The notes under the pieces are model-generated. The model ran no database searches. It was not told the origin of the DNA and worked only from the letters and a program-made list of their open reading frames with translations. Positions 1 through 9,813 of a stretch of 64,000 nucleotides of DNA are shown piece after piece. The stretch is taken from contig PRDH01000015.1 of assembly GCA_003345545.1 (NCBI GenBank), positions 11,972-75,971 on the forward strand. Reading direction: 5' to 3'. Positions within the stretch are counted from its first letter, which is position 1, and every line of letters begins with the position of its first letter. The position numbers and the translations under genes are program-made. Source of the DNA: Candidatus Thorarchaeota archaeon (GTDB lineage Archaea; Asgardarchaeota; Thorarchaeia; Thorarchaeales; Thorarchaeaceae).

Positions 1-209
1 AGTCCAGCCTTTTTATTGACGACGAGCTGTTTCAATGCCTTCTGGCGTTCGTGAATTTGGCTCTTGATATGCTCCCAGTCCTCTCGGTTGGACTCGACTG
101 AATCACTCCAACTCGAACTGGATGCATCGTCCTGTTCCAGCTTGTGGACCAGGTCATCGAGGGATTCTTTGATCTTTGCCGACGCCTTTTTCGATTTATG
201 TTCACTCAA
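1..209 (-). CDS. Partial hypothetical coiled-coil protein, runs off the left edge
   Basis: Manual translation from TTG at 209 is open to the window edge: MSEHKSKKASAKIKESLDDLVHKLEQDD...WEHIKSQIHERQKALKQLVVNKKAG. Not in the ORF track. Confidence 0.55.
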   Translation of the reverse strand, partial: MSEHKSKKASAKIKESLDDLVHKLEQDDASSSSWSDSVESNREDWEHIKSQIHERQKALKQLVVNKKAG

Positions 210-273
210 AACCAACACAACTCATCATGTTGTCCAAGTGAAGTCGATATATGCCTTCAGATTGCGCCTAGGA

Positions 274-1209
274 CTATCCTAGGAGAAAAGGTATGGCTGG
301 GACAATCGGCAGGAGGAATAGGGTGCCAACCGTCACAATAGTCGCAGCCTTTTGCGTATCAAGCTCGAAGCTCGCAGCGTAGACAACAGTCAGGACTGCA
401 GGTGGCATTAGAGCCTCAAGGATGATGATGGCTGTAGGCACATGTGATAGCCCGGAGAGAAGAATAACTGGTATCGTGATGAGAGGAACCAGTATCTGTC
501 TTATTCCGACGACTTCCAAGGCAGCTCTTATGTCAACGAGTGAGAATCGCACTCCTACGCCGATACCAACTGAGACCAGTGCAAGATACGTTGTCATGGG
601 ACCAGCAAATGAGAGCACGATTGCAAGGTCTCCTGTTAATTGAGCTCGTGTCGCAAACAAGATCAGTGCGATGATTGCTGCAAGAAAGGGCGGGAACATG
701 AGCGCATCCTTCACGATTCTCAGCCGCTCCGATGTCTTGTTTCCGTACACAGCTCCTATCAATGATCCAAGTGTGGCGAGCAGTATCATTTGTGTCAGAG
801 AGAATACAATGACAATTGGTAGCCCTGTGCTTCCTATGAACATCAAAACGAGAGGGAGTGGTATGAAGAGAGCGTTATTGAAGGTAACACACATGTAATA
901 GACACCCCTTGTTGAGTCGTCGATATTGCTCCTCAATAACCTGATGTACATCAAAACGGGACCTAGAAGATCGACAAGGAGAGATAAGGCCACAATGAGA
1001 GGTACGTCAAGGGTGGAGTCAGGAGAAGCCGTGAGTAATGTGTGGATGAAGAGAATCGGAATCAGTAGATTGACGAGCAGAGCGGTGAGATACTTGTTGA
1101 ACACTTTTCCTTTGCCTGATAGTCTGGCAACTAGGAACCCAAGTAGAATGAGGCCATAGAAGAAGCCGAACTGCGCAACGATATCAAGTACTGTCTGAAA
1201 GCTAAGCAC
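274..1209 (-). CDS. AEC (auxin efflux carrier/malate permease-like) family transporter
   Basis: 311 aa with about 10 TM segments. FNNALFIPLPL, PPFLAAIIAL and EALMPPAV motifs are typical of AEC. Confidence 0.8.
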   Translation of the reverse strand: MLSFQTVLDIVAQFGFFYGLILLGFLVARLSGKGKVFNKYLTALLVNLLIPILFIHTLLTASPDSTLDVPLIVALSLLVDLLGPVLMYIRLLRSNIDDSTRGVYYMCVTFNNALFIPLPLVLMFIGSTGLPIVIVFSLTQMILLATLGSLIGAVYGNKTSERLRIVKDALMFPPFLAAIIALILFATRAQLTGDLAIVLSFAGPMTTYLALVSVGIGVGVRFSLVDIRAALEVVGIRQILVPLITIPVILLSGLSHVPTAIIILEALMPPAVLTVVYAASFELDTQKAATIVTVGTLFLLPIVPAIPFLLG

Positions 1210-1322
1210 CCAGCTAGGTCGAGGTCAAACAACGGAATAAGCTGCCGGAAGAGGATGCCGTTCAACAGCCTTTTCTAGCTGCGCGCCCTCGTCATGAAAT
1301 ACACAAAAGAGAGGATCCATCG

Positions 1323-1661
1323 ATGGTGACACAGGAAGAGCTTCTGACAGCGATTCGGAATATGATTGCCAAGGCTGAAGAACCGAAGATGCAGAAACGC
1401 TTCGCAAACTTCAACAGGAGCTTACTCATGACATTCGGAGACCTGGGAATGGATATCGCGGTCGTCTTTGTTGAAGGAAAAGGCACTGTAGAGAGAGGCG
1501 TGATTGAGAGCCCAGATATGGCCATCAAGACGGACAGTACGACCATCATTGACATTCTGGACGGTAGTCTTTCTGCAATGCGTGCCTTCATGAGCGGCAG
1601 AATCAAGGCAGACGGACCAGCAAGAGACCTGATGAAACTGCAGCATCTGCTGAAAGCCTGA
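1323..1661 (+). CDS. SCP2 sterol/lipid-binding domain protein
   Basis: C-terminal LSAMRAFMSGRIKADGP..DLMKL SCP2 signature. Confidence 0.85.
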   Translation: MVTQEELLTAIRNMIAKAEEPKMQKRFANFNRSLLMTFGDLGMDIAVVFVEGKGTVERGVIESPDMAIKTDSTTIIDILDGSLSAMRAFMSGRIKADGPARDLMKLQHLLKA

Positions 1662-1674
1662 TCCTGCCCGTAGG

Positions 1675-3456
1675 CTACTTCACATCGATTCCTAACTCAC
1701 GCAGAGCCACGTTTCGAGGCCTACCAGTGTTTCGGTCCCAATTTCTATAGTCATAGTAATCCCGTAACTGAAGCTCCAAATCTGGAACAAAGCCATCGGT
1801 CACGTTTTCAGCTTGAGGCGTTAAGAGAGGTTGTGGTAGACAATCATCCTGCGGAATAAACCCGCATCGTAGATTAAAGAGGCGCTTCATCGTGACTGCG
1901 CGGCTCCCGATCTTGAGTATATCTTCTAGTCGATATGAGGAACCTATCGCCAGATTCAGAAGGTCGAGAATCGTCTTCAAAGGAACAATTGCAAAGTGAC
2001 ACATAATGACGGAATCACAGAAGGCGCGGAAGTCCTGAGCTCGGGCAGCAGTATTCCCTTTGTCCTGATTCACCGATCGATCTCCAGCAGATATCCCAAG
2101 TTCTCGTACATCAGCACCCATATCAACACTGTACATGTCTCCTTCAAGGTGGGTGGCTCCTCGTGAAGCAGTCGCATAGACTGTTGCCATGCCAGAAAAG
2201 GCTCGCGGGTCATGATTTGGAATCTCGAGCCCTTTCACATGAAGAACAAACTCCTCAGCTCCGTGAATCTTGCCAAGAGCAAGCGATCCTTCAGCAAGGA
2301 TGTTACCGATCCCTTCCCGTCTGGATATCGCGTGGATGAGCTCAATCACGCCATCAGGATCAGCCCACCTTAGGCCGTAGTCAGCCTTTCCTGTATCACA
2401 GAGATGAGTGGCACAAGCAATGGTACTGCCACAGCTGATTGTGTCCATTCCATATTCGTTGCATAGACGATTCATCAGCACGATTTTCTTCAAATCCGAT
2501 ACCATGAGGTTGGTCCCAAAAGCAGCAAGTGTCTGATACTCGGGTCCTGCAACGTCCTCAAGATTGAACTCGGGTATGGATACTCGCCGTCCGCAACCAA
2601 TTGGGCAGGAGTGACAAGCGCTTCTTCCTACGAGCATCTCACTGAGCGACTTGGCATTGATGAGATCAGCATCATCAAACGCAATATCCTGAAAGTATCT
2701 GATTGGTACATCATTGAACATCATTCCGATGTCGATGTACAATGCAGTACCCTGTTCGCGCAACATCCCCATTGCTTCGCCCAGAATCTTGGATGATGAT
2801 AGTGCCAGCTCCTTAAACTCATCAGGGAAGGCAAGAGGAGTGTCGCGGGACCCAGAAACAGTAATCGCTTTCAGTTTCTTAGAGCCCATCACTGCTCCAA
2901 GGCCACACCGCGCAGCCACTCGCTCATCATTTACGATACTCGCAAACTTGACGAGATTCTCGCCTGCAGGGCCAATACAGGCAACTTGCATCCTTCTCTG
3001 ACTTTTCTTCAGAGCCTTCTGAGTTTCCCCGGTAGTCAATCCCCACAGGTGGTCCGCAGTCCTAAAGCTAGCGCGTCCATTATTCACATCAAGAACTAGA
3101 GGAGTTTCTGAGGCTCCGGTGACTAGAATGCCATCAAATCCTGAGGCTTTCAGTTGAAATCCGAAGTGGCCACCTGCGTTTGATTCGCCCCAGAACCCCG
3201 TGATGGGGGACCTCCCACATACCACATGACGCCCAGTGCAGGGAGCAAGGGTGCCAGTCAACGGGCCGGTCATGAACAGCAGCATATTGTTCGGGCCCAG
3301 AGGGGCACAGGTAGAGTCCAATAGATCATACAATAGACGGCCGGCATAACCACTCCCTCCCAAGAACAACGTGGCAACCTGCTCTTCAACCGTAATCACA
3401 CTTGTTTCTTTCTTCGAGAGGTCTGCCACCAGGATTTTACCGTGATAGCCGGGCAT
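1675..3456 (-). CDS. aor: Aldehyde:ferredoxin oxidoreductase (tungsten AOR family)
   Basis: GYHGKILVADLS, SPITG..GESNAGG, IGPAGENLV, GAVMGSKKLKAI, CHSCPIGC, EYQT, GMDTIS, HDPR motifs. Confidence 0.93.
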   Translation of the reverse strand: MPGYHGKILVADLSKKETSVITVEEQVATLFLGGSGYAGRLLYDLLDSTCAPLGPNNMLLFMTGPLTGTLAPCTGRHVVCGRSPITGFWGESNAGGHFGFQLKASGFDGILVTGASETPLVLDVNNGRASFRTADHLWGLTTGETQKALKKSQRRMQVACIGPAGENLVKFASIVNDERVAARCGLGAVMGSKKLKAITVSGSRDTPLAFPDEFKELALSSSKILGEAMGMLREQGTALYIDIGMMFNDVPIRYFQDIAFDDADLINAKSLSEMLVGRSACHSCPIGCGRRVSIPEFNLEDVAGPEYQTLAAFGTNLMVSDLKKIVLMNRLCNEYGMDTISCGSTIACATHLCDTGKADYGLRWADPDGVIELIHAISRREGIGNILAEGSLALGKIHGAEEFVLHVKGLEIPNHDPRAFSGMATVYATASRGATHLEGDMYSVDMGADVRELGISAGDRSVNQDKGNTAARAQDFRAFCDSVIMCHFAIVPLKTILDLLNLAIGSSYRLEDILKIGSRAVTMKRLFNLRCGFIPQDDCLPQPLLTPQAENVTDGFVPDLELQLRDYYDYRNWDRNTGRPRNVALRELGIDVK

Positions 3457-4092
3457 TCAGAAGCCTCTCATCATCTCCCACACATCTTGCTCATCTTGAA
3501 CTGCATCCTCAGGAAGAAGATGTGGAGTTCCGCTCTGTTTCGCAATCAGATATATTTCACTGGTCCGTTCAAGAACGAGAGCAAGGTGCAGAGCCTCTTT
3601 CAATGTCTTTCCAATACAGACAGCACCATGATTGCCGATGAACGCAGCACTTCGATCCTCCATTGCAGCTGCAACGTTTTTCGCAAGTTCCTTGGTTCCG
3701 GGTACGGCATACTTGCTTACCCGTATCTCAGAACCAAGTTTCGGTACGACTTCATCTATTATTGGTGGGAGCGGTTCGTTCAAGACTGCCATCGCAGTAG
3801 CATAGAGACTATGTGTGTGGACTACCGCCTTAGCGTCCTTTCGAGTGTTGTAGAGCTCAAGGTGCATCTTGGTTTCAGTACTGGGATTCTTGGTACCTTC
3901 GATAACATTACCATTCATATCTAGAACGACCATATCGTCACTGTTCATCTCAGTATAATGAATGGAACTGGCTGTTATGACCACATGGTTGCCCAGTCGG
4001 ATACTGACATTGCCGGAGGATCCAATTACTAGGTTCTCCTTCACCATCTGTAGACAGATGTCCAAGACTTCTTTCTTTGCATCTTCGTACAT
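3457..4092 (-). CDS. Class II aldolase/adducin family (L-fuculose-1-phosphate aldolase-like)
   Basis: GSSGNVS, PSTETKMH, HTHSLYA and NHG metal-binding motifs. Start taken at MYEDAKK. Confidence 0.88.
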   Translation of the reverse strand: MYEDAKKEVLDICLQMVKENLVIGSSGNVSIRLGNHVVITASSIHYTEMNSDDMVVLDMNGNVIEGTKNPSTETKMHLELYNTRKDAKAVVHTHSLYATAMAVLNEPLPPIIDEVVPKLGSEIRVSKYAVPGTKELAKNVAAAMEDRSAAFIGNHGAVCIGKTLKEALHLALVLERTSEIYLIAKQSGTPHLLPEDAVQDEQDVWEMMRGF

Positions 4093-4094
4093 GC

Positions 4095-5594
4095 TCACGC
4101 ACCGTCGCAAAACATACTGGACCATTTGGAGAAGTAGGACTTGTATAAATCTGCCCGTTCGTCAGGATTAGTAGCGGACTTCCACTTGACCATTGCCTTA
4201 GCCGCATCCATTAGTCTGGAGTATTGACCAGCCCCTGTCGACGCGCATATTGCTGCGCCCAGAAGACTGCCCTCTGGCTGAATCGGAGTATGCACAGAAC
4301 GTCCAAGGACATTAGCAAGCATTTCAGGCCAGATCCGTGACTGTGTCATGCCTCCAATTGTCTTGATGCAACTAGCCTGCTGATGGGCTTCTAGCTGTTG
4401 ACAATTCCCTCTCACTGCATAGGCGATGTTTTCTAGGACTGCATGTATCATTGCAGCGGAATTCAGGGGAGTCACTTGAGGCAGAGCTGGCTGTGGAAAG
4501 ACCATCTTGGCTTGTTTGACATCAGTGATCTGTTGACAGTTCATTATACTGGGTCCCAATGCTACGAAGGTCTCATGGCTTCCTGGAGGAATGCCCGTGA
4601 GTATCCTGTCAAGATGCTTCAACGTGTCCCTGATGCAGCTCTCTGTGTCCTTGGCACGTTCACAGAGGAGTCGAACAACCCAGTTAAGGTAGGCACCAGT
4701 CAAGGTTGCATTACTCTCAAGTACCCAGTTGTCAGGTATCATGTGGCAGCCTGTCCAGATCTTTTGAGATGGGTCACAATAGAACTTGTCCAGAATCATC
4801 ATCACAGGTGCAGTGCTCCCAGCTATGACAACAATCTCCCCGGGTTGAGCGTCACTTGCTAAGAGTGCACAATGAGCATCTGCACCGCCCTGAGCAATTG
4901 AAAGTCCTTTTGGCAGTCCACATGCCTTATGCGCCTCTGGAGTCACCTCACCTGTGATGGTTCCGGTCTCATGAATCTCTGGCAGAATCTCGCTACTGAC
5001 GCCGACAGCCTCGGTGACTTCATCGCTCCACTTGCCGGTCCGAATGTTCATGAAACCTGTAGCGCTGCCGGCTGACGGATCCGTGGAGAAGATACCGCCG
5101 AGCCTATAGGCTATCCAGTCGTTGATAGGCAGTACATGAGCTATTGACTCAAAGACCTCTGGCACTTCCTCTTCGAACCAAGACAGTCTTGCAGGTGAAA
5201 ACATGAGCGGCGGCCAGCAGCCAGTGATCTCATGGTACTTCTCCCCGATAGACTCTTCGATTATGTACTGGGTCATGGCCCCGCGCGCATCAACATTGGG
5301 TCCTGCATAGACCTCTACTCCTTCCCTATCGACAAAGACCACACCATGTCGTTGGCTTGTGGTGGACACAGCTAAGATATCGGAGGCCTTCACTCCAGAG
5401 GTCTTGATTGCCTCTTTGACAACTGTGCATATCAAGTGCCAGAAATGCTCTGGGTCAAACTCCTTTGCTATCTCCAAATGGGTCGGAGTAGTGTAGTTCC
5501 AAGGCCGCCTACTGATTCCTAGTGGCTCGCCTTTCGTACCAGAAATCATACAGCGCACACCGGTAGTACCTGCATCTATTGCTGCGACTACCAT
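4095..5594 (-). CDS. FGGY-family carbohydrate kinase, resembles LsrK (AI-2 kinase)
   Basis: AIDAGTTGVR, EFDPE, NVDARG, TDPSAGSATG, GGADAH, IGGMTQS..W..MLANVLG. Confidence 0.85.
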   Translation of the reverse strand: MVVAAIDAGTTGVRCMISGTKGEPLGISRRPWNYTTPTHLEIAKEFDPEHFWHLICTVVKEAIKTSGVKASDILAVSTTSQRHGVVFVDREGVEVYAGPNVDARGAMTQYIIEESIGEKYHEITGCWPPLMFSPARLSWFEEEVPEVFESIAHVLPINDWIAYRLGGIFSTDPSAGSATGFMNIRTGKWSDEVTEAVGVSSEILPEIHETGTITGEVTPEAHKACGLPKGLSIAQGGADAHCALLASDAQPGEIVVIAGSTAPVMMILDKFYCDPSQKIWTGCHMIPDNWVLESNATLTGAYLNWVVRLLCERAKDTESCIRDTLKHLDRILTGIPPGSHETFVALGPSIMNCQQITDVKQAKMVFPQPALPQVTPLNSAAMIHAVLENIAYAVRGNCQQLEAHQQASCIKTIGGMTQSRIWPEMLANVLGRSVHTPIQPEGSLLGAAICASTGAGQYSRLMDAAKAMVKWKSATNPDERADLYKSYFSKWSSMFCDGA

Positions 5595-6593
5595 CTAATC
5601 GTATACCTCCGGATTCAGAATGTTCTTTGGTCGTTTCCCTCGGACAAATGCTACGATGTTCTCAACGATGATTTTTGACTGTCGTTCTATTGTTTCCACA
5701 GTGTTGCTTCCCATGTGAGGCATGACGGTGACGTTATCCAGTTCGAGAAACGCATTATCACAGTCGACCGGCTCCATGGAGAACACATCCAGTCCGGCAC
5801 CTGCAATGGCTCCTGCCTTCAATGCGTTGAGAAGTGCATCTTCATCTGTGACTGATGCTCGTGCCGTGTTAATGAAGATGGCAGTCTTCTTCATCAGATT
5901 AAATTCCCTTGCGCCCAGCATTCCCTGGGTTTCGTCGGTAGGTGCACAATGAACTGTCACAATATCCGACTCGCCGAGAAGGGTGTCAAGACTCACAGAC
6001 TTTGCGCCCACTGCACGTATGCGCTCCTTAGCCACGTAGGGATCAAACACCAAGAGCTTCACACCAAAGGAAACAAGCCGCTTCGCAACTTCAAAGCCGA
6101 TATTTCCTAGACCTATGATTCCGACAGTTCTGCCGTTCAACTCAAAACCAGTGAGCTTGGTGTACATTCCTGCAAAGTCTTTGAAGTCGTTGACAAAGAA
6201 GTCATCCTTGAGCAGACGCTCTGCTGCGTTGACTTTCCGAGCCTGACTGAGCATCAATGCAATGGCCAGCTCGGCAACTGCTACAGTATTCCTACCTGGT
6301 ACAGCAATGACCGGAATTCCCTTCGCTGTTGCTGCGTTGAGTGAGATGTTGTTAGGTGAGCCTCGGACAGACCCAACAAGCTTGATCCTGGTCTGTTCGA
6401 GTACCGGTTCCTTGATTTCATCACCCTCGACGATTACAATGTCATACTCTCCATCTCTGAGTGTCTTCAGGAGTGAGTCACCCATGTGCAGCTTGCCCGT
6501 TTCAAGCCAACTGCGATAGTCAATCTCCAATCCTTCGTCACGCAGTCGTTTAAGGCCGGACTCAGAAAAAGGAGCAGTAATTAGGACTCTCAT
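5595..6593 (-). CDS. D-isomer-specific 2-hydroxyacid dehydrogenase (SerA-like, no ACT domain)
   Basis: GIIGLGNIG, INTARA, AGLDVFSMEP, PHMGS. Confidence 0.9.
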   Translation of the reverse strand: MRVLITAPFSESGLKRLRDEGLEIDYRSWLETGKLHMGDSLLKTLRDGEYDIVIVEGDEIKEPVLEQTRIKLVGSVRGSPNNISLNAATAKGIPVIAVPGRNTVAVAELAIALMLSQARKVNAAERLLKDDFFVNDFKDFAGMYTKLTGFELNGRTVGIIGLGNIGFEVAKRLVSFGVKLLVFDPYVAKERIRAVGAKSVSLDTLLGESDIVTVHCAPTDETQGMLGAREFNLMKKTAIFINTARASVTDEDALLNALKAGAIAGAGLDVFSMEPVDCDNAFLELDNVTVMPHMGSNTVETIERQSKIIVENIVAFVRGKRPKNILNPEVYD

Positions 6594-6751
6594 GTTATGC
6601 CTCCGAGGATGCGAATCAAGAGATATACGATACTGCCCTTTAAACGTTGATTGGGAGTCGTGGGGCAGTTTGCCGCGCAGACTCCGATGCAGTTCAAAGA
6701 TTGTCCACGCCTTATATTCATTCTATGCATCCATATGACTCGTGAAAAACA

Positions 6752-7498
6752 ATGTCAGAATCTGCTATCACAATAACAAATCTAACAAAACGGTTCGATG
6801 ATATAACAGCTATTGAGAATCTCAGTCTTGAAATTGGCTGGGGCGAGCTGTTCGGCATTCTCGGGCCCAATGGTGCAGGTAAGAGCACGACAGTCAATAT
6901 TCTCAACACTCTTCTGAAACCGACAGATGGCTCAGCCACGGTCGATGGCCACGACGTCGTGTACGATCCGGAAGGCGTTCGAGAAGTAATCGGTGTTTGT
7001 CCCCAAGAACCAGCTTTCTATAGGTTTCTTACGGGTGAAGAGAATATCATCCTGATGGGCGAGATGCATCTCGTCCCTAGCGATGTCCTCAAGGAACGTG
7101 TCAAGACCATGGCTGAAAAGATAGGCATGGAGGACCACATCAAAAGGCGTTCTAAGGATTACAGCGGGGGAATGATTCGTCGGGTCAGTATGCTTATGGC
7201 GTTGATAAACAACCCGAAGATTGCATTGCTCGATGAACCAACGGTCGCAATGGACCCAAACTCCCGTCGAGCAGTATGGGACTTCATTCGCGAACTGAAA
7301 GCTCAGGGCAAAACGGTCATCCTGACTACGCATTACATGGAGGAGGCTCAGGAGCTCTGCGACAGAGTAGCCATTATTGATAATGGATTGCTGATTGAGA
7401 TTGGATCACCTTCAGAGCTAGTGGAGAAGCACAAGGTGAAGAACCTGGAAGAAGTCTTCCTGAAACTGACCGGAAAGAAGCTGAGGGAGGCTGTTTAA
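6752..7498 (+). CDS. ABC-2/DrrA-type exporter ATP-binding subunit
   Basis: GPNGAGKST, YSGGM, LLDEPT, TTHYMEEA. Confidence 0.95.
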   Translation: MSESAITITNLTKRFDDITAIENLSLEIGWGELFGILGPNGAGKSTTVNILNTLLKPTDGSATVDGHDVVYDPEGVREVIGVCPQEPAFYRFLTGEENIILMGEMHLVPSDVLKERVKTMAEKIGMEDHIKRRSKDYSGGMIRRVSMLMALINNPKIALLDEPTVAMDPNSRRAVWDFIRELKAQGKTVILTTHYMEEAQELCDRVAIIDNGLLIEIGSPSELVEKHKVKNLEEVFLKLTGKKLREAV

Positions 7499-7500
7499 AG

Positions 7501-8661
7501 ATGAATCTACGGAGAATACTGGCTCTGACAAAGAAGGAGCTGAAGAAGACCACAAGAGAACCTGCAGTTCTCTTCCTTCTGATTATATTTCCAATCATGA
7601 TTACATTCGTGTTTGGTCTTGCATTCGGTGGAATCGGAGGAGGAACCGCAACAAGCTTCGATGTGGGTGTCCTGAATCTGGATGCTACAAGCCCTCAAGC
7701 CGATTGGAGTCTTGCATTTGTAGACAATCTGACTGCATCTGAGGTCTTCGTCACGCGTGCGTATAGTGACAATGATTCTGGGCATTCAGCACTCATTCAG
7801 GGCGACCTTGATGCATTCATCATCATTCCTGAGGGATTTGGTGACAGTGTTGCATCGTATTATGGATCGCCGCTCGACCCAAGTGCGTGGACAAACTCGA
7901 CCATTGAACTCTATGTCGACAGCGGGTCTCAGATGGCAGTGTCAGCCATTCCTCCTCTTGTCAAAGAGGTCTTGATGAGGACCCTCTTCGGAAACGATGC
8001 AATGACGATCATTCTACCTGTTGAGATTGGAAACCTTGGCTTAGTTGAGTCAAGCGCTCTCACCCAGTGGGATTTCATGGCTCCAGGAATCTTTGCCTTC
8101 GCTGCCATATTCATGACAATGATTGTGGCTCAGACGATGACTGTTGAGAGGGATGAGGGACTCCTGAAGAGACTAAGAACAACGCCTGCTTCATCAGCAG
8201 ACTATATGATTAGTCAGACCGTGTCCTATATGATCATTGCATTAGTGCAGGTCGCGTTGGTCCTAACATCATCATTCGTGATAGGTTATCGACCGGCAAC
8301 GGGAATTGCAGGAGTTGCATTTGCCTTTGTAATTACTTTTGCGTTTTCACTGGTCGCAGTTGGATTCGGTCTAATATCTGCCACAGTTTCCAAGTCCGCT
8401 GAATCGGCCACAGGTGTGAGTTTCGTTTTCATCATGCCACAGATGTTCTTGGGAACATTCATGCCTCTCGGTGGAGCGACAGAGATGATCTCCAAGTTCA
8501 TTCCAAGCAAGTATGTCACTGAGGCAATAACGACTCTATTCCTGAGAGGTGCACCGATGACTACTCCTGTTATCTGGATTGACCTAGCCATTGTATCAGT
8601 CATCGGATTCTTGCTCCTAGCTATAGGAGTCATTCTGTTTGAGAGATACGGTTCTCGTTAG
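7501..8661 (+). CDS. ABC-2 type exporter permease
   Basis: N-terminal TM, extracellular domain, then 5 TM; ERDEGLLKRLRTTP motif. Confidence 0.92.
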   Translation: MNLRRILALTKKELKKTTREPAVLFLLIIFPIMITFVFGLAFGGIGGGTATSFDVGVLNLDATSPQADWSLAFVDNLTASEVFVTRAYSDNDSGHSALIQGDLDAFIIIPEGFGDSVASYYGSPLDPSAWTNSTIELYVDSGSQMAVSAIPPLVKEVLMRTLFGNDAMTIILPVEIGNLGLVESSALTQWDFMAPGIFAFAAIFMTMIVAQTMTVERDEGLLKRLRTTPASSADYMISQTVSYMIIALVQVALVLTSSFVIGYRPATGIAGVAFAFVITFAFSLVAVGFGLISATVSKSAESATGVSFVFIMPQMFLGTFMPLGGATEMISKFIPSKYVTEAITTLFLRGAPMTTPVIWIDLAIVSVIGFLLLAIGVILFERYGSR

Positions 8662-8690
8662 GAGTCCCCCGGGGGACTCCCTGTTTTTCT
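8661..8690 (+). terminator. Probable terminator hairpin
   Basis: Perfect 20-bp palindrome GGAGTCCCCCGGGGGACTCC directly at the permease stop, followed by CTGTTTTTCT. Confidence 0.65.
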
Positions 8691-8746
8691 ATTAGAGTTA
8701 TTAGGAGGTAACAATACGTGGATGTGAACGAATTTGAGGTGAGTGA

Positions 8747-9424
8747 ATGAGCTCTGATGAAAGCGGGACAGATAATGATATGATTGAGAAAGCGAAACAA
8801 CTTCTCCTGCTCGCAGATCTGGTTGACAAGTACCCGAAGGTAGTCTCGCGTAGAGTGGGAGGTCTAGTCTATCTCCTAATTGGTGGCGGGATCTCGTTCG
8901 CCACATTGATTCTTATGTCGCTTCAAGATTTGCTTGGACCCGGAGATCCTTTTCTGGTCAACGTGGGTTTCGTGGTATTCAGCCTCGTTCTTTCATGGGT
9001 CATTGGCTTTAGACTGATTGCTCCCCTTACACGTTCATACCCAGTAGAACCTAGCTCATCTGAAGGTGGAAGACTGGTCTATGCACTATGGGGAGTCCTT
9101 GGAGTAGCCATTGTGTTATCATCACTGGTGATATTTCAAATGGGATTAGCAGCACTATTCCCACCAACACTCCAATTCATAATGGGCTGTGGTTTCACAG
9201 CCAATTATGTCATGGGAAGAAGAGCAAGTGATTTAGATTTCTATTCTAGGGAGCACATCTACTTTGCAATTGCGATCTTTCTCAGCATAGTTCCAATGTT
9301 GATAGTTCCGGCTGCTGCATACGCAATCCTAATCGTAGTGAACATGGGTGGAATATACAGTATCGGCATATACATGCTAATTGCTGCTGAAAGAATTCTC
9401 TTGGAGAGCAAAAGGCAGGGATAG
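8747..9424 (+). CDS. Hypothetical multi-pass membrane protein
   Basis: 225 aa with about 6 hydrophobic segments, coupled to the downstream wHTH gene. Confidence 0.75.
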   Translation: MSSDESGTDNDMIEKAKQLLLLADLVDKYPKVVSRRVGGLVYLLIGGGISFATLILMSLQDLLGPGDPFLVNVGFVVFSLVLSWVIGFRLIAPLTRSYPVEPSSSEGGRLVYALWGVLGVAIVLSSLVIFQMGLAALFPPTLQFIMGCGFTANYVMGRRASDLDFYSREHIYFAIAIFLSIVPMLIVPAAAYAILIVVNMGGIYSIGIYMLIAAERILLESKRQG

Positions 9425-9426
9425 GA

Positions 9427-9804
9427 TTGAGTTTTGGTGGGGGCCTCCTGTCTGCGTTGGCAGGACTTATGAATGAAGACCGTGAGACCTTCGTCCCAGC
9501 GAGACTTTCAATCCTCTCATACCTGTACTTCACTCGGACAGCCAAGTTCACTGACCTGCAGAAGACACTGAATCTCACATCTGGGAACTTGTCAAGTCAC
9601 CTGCGGAAGCTTGAATCACTTGGGCTGATCAGAATCTCAAAACGATTTGTTGAACTCAAACCTACCACACTAGTTGTGATTACCCAAGAGGGTGCTGCGC
9701 GCGTGAGAGCGCAGTTGCTAAAGATGCGAGAGCTCGTCGCTGCAGCGATGGAAGAAGAGTCCATGGCACATCCTCAGAGTGCCAAGAGCGTTGCAGAGCT
9801 ATAG
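9427..9804 (+). CDS. Winged-helix transcriptional regulator (HTH_34/ArsR-like)
   Basis: RLSILSYL..FTDLQKTLNLTSGNLSSHLRKLE..G.I..SK.F...KPTT...IT.EG. Confidence 0.88.
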   Translation: MSFGGGLLSALAGLMNEDRETFVPARLSILSYLYFTRTAKFTDLQKTLNLTSGNLSSHLRKLESLGLIRISKRFVELKPTTLVVITQEGAARVRAQLLKMRELVAAAMEEESMAHPQSAKSVAEL

Positions 9805-9813
9805 CGCAATATG

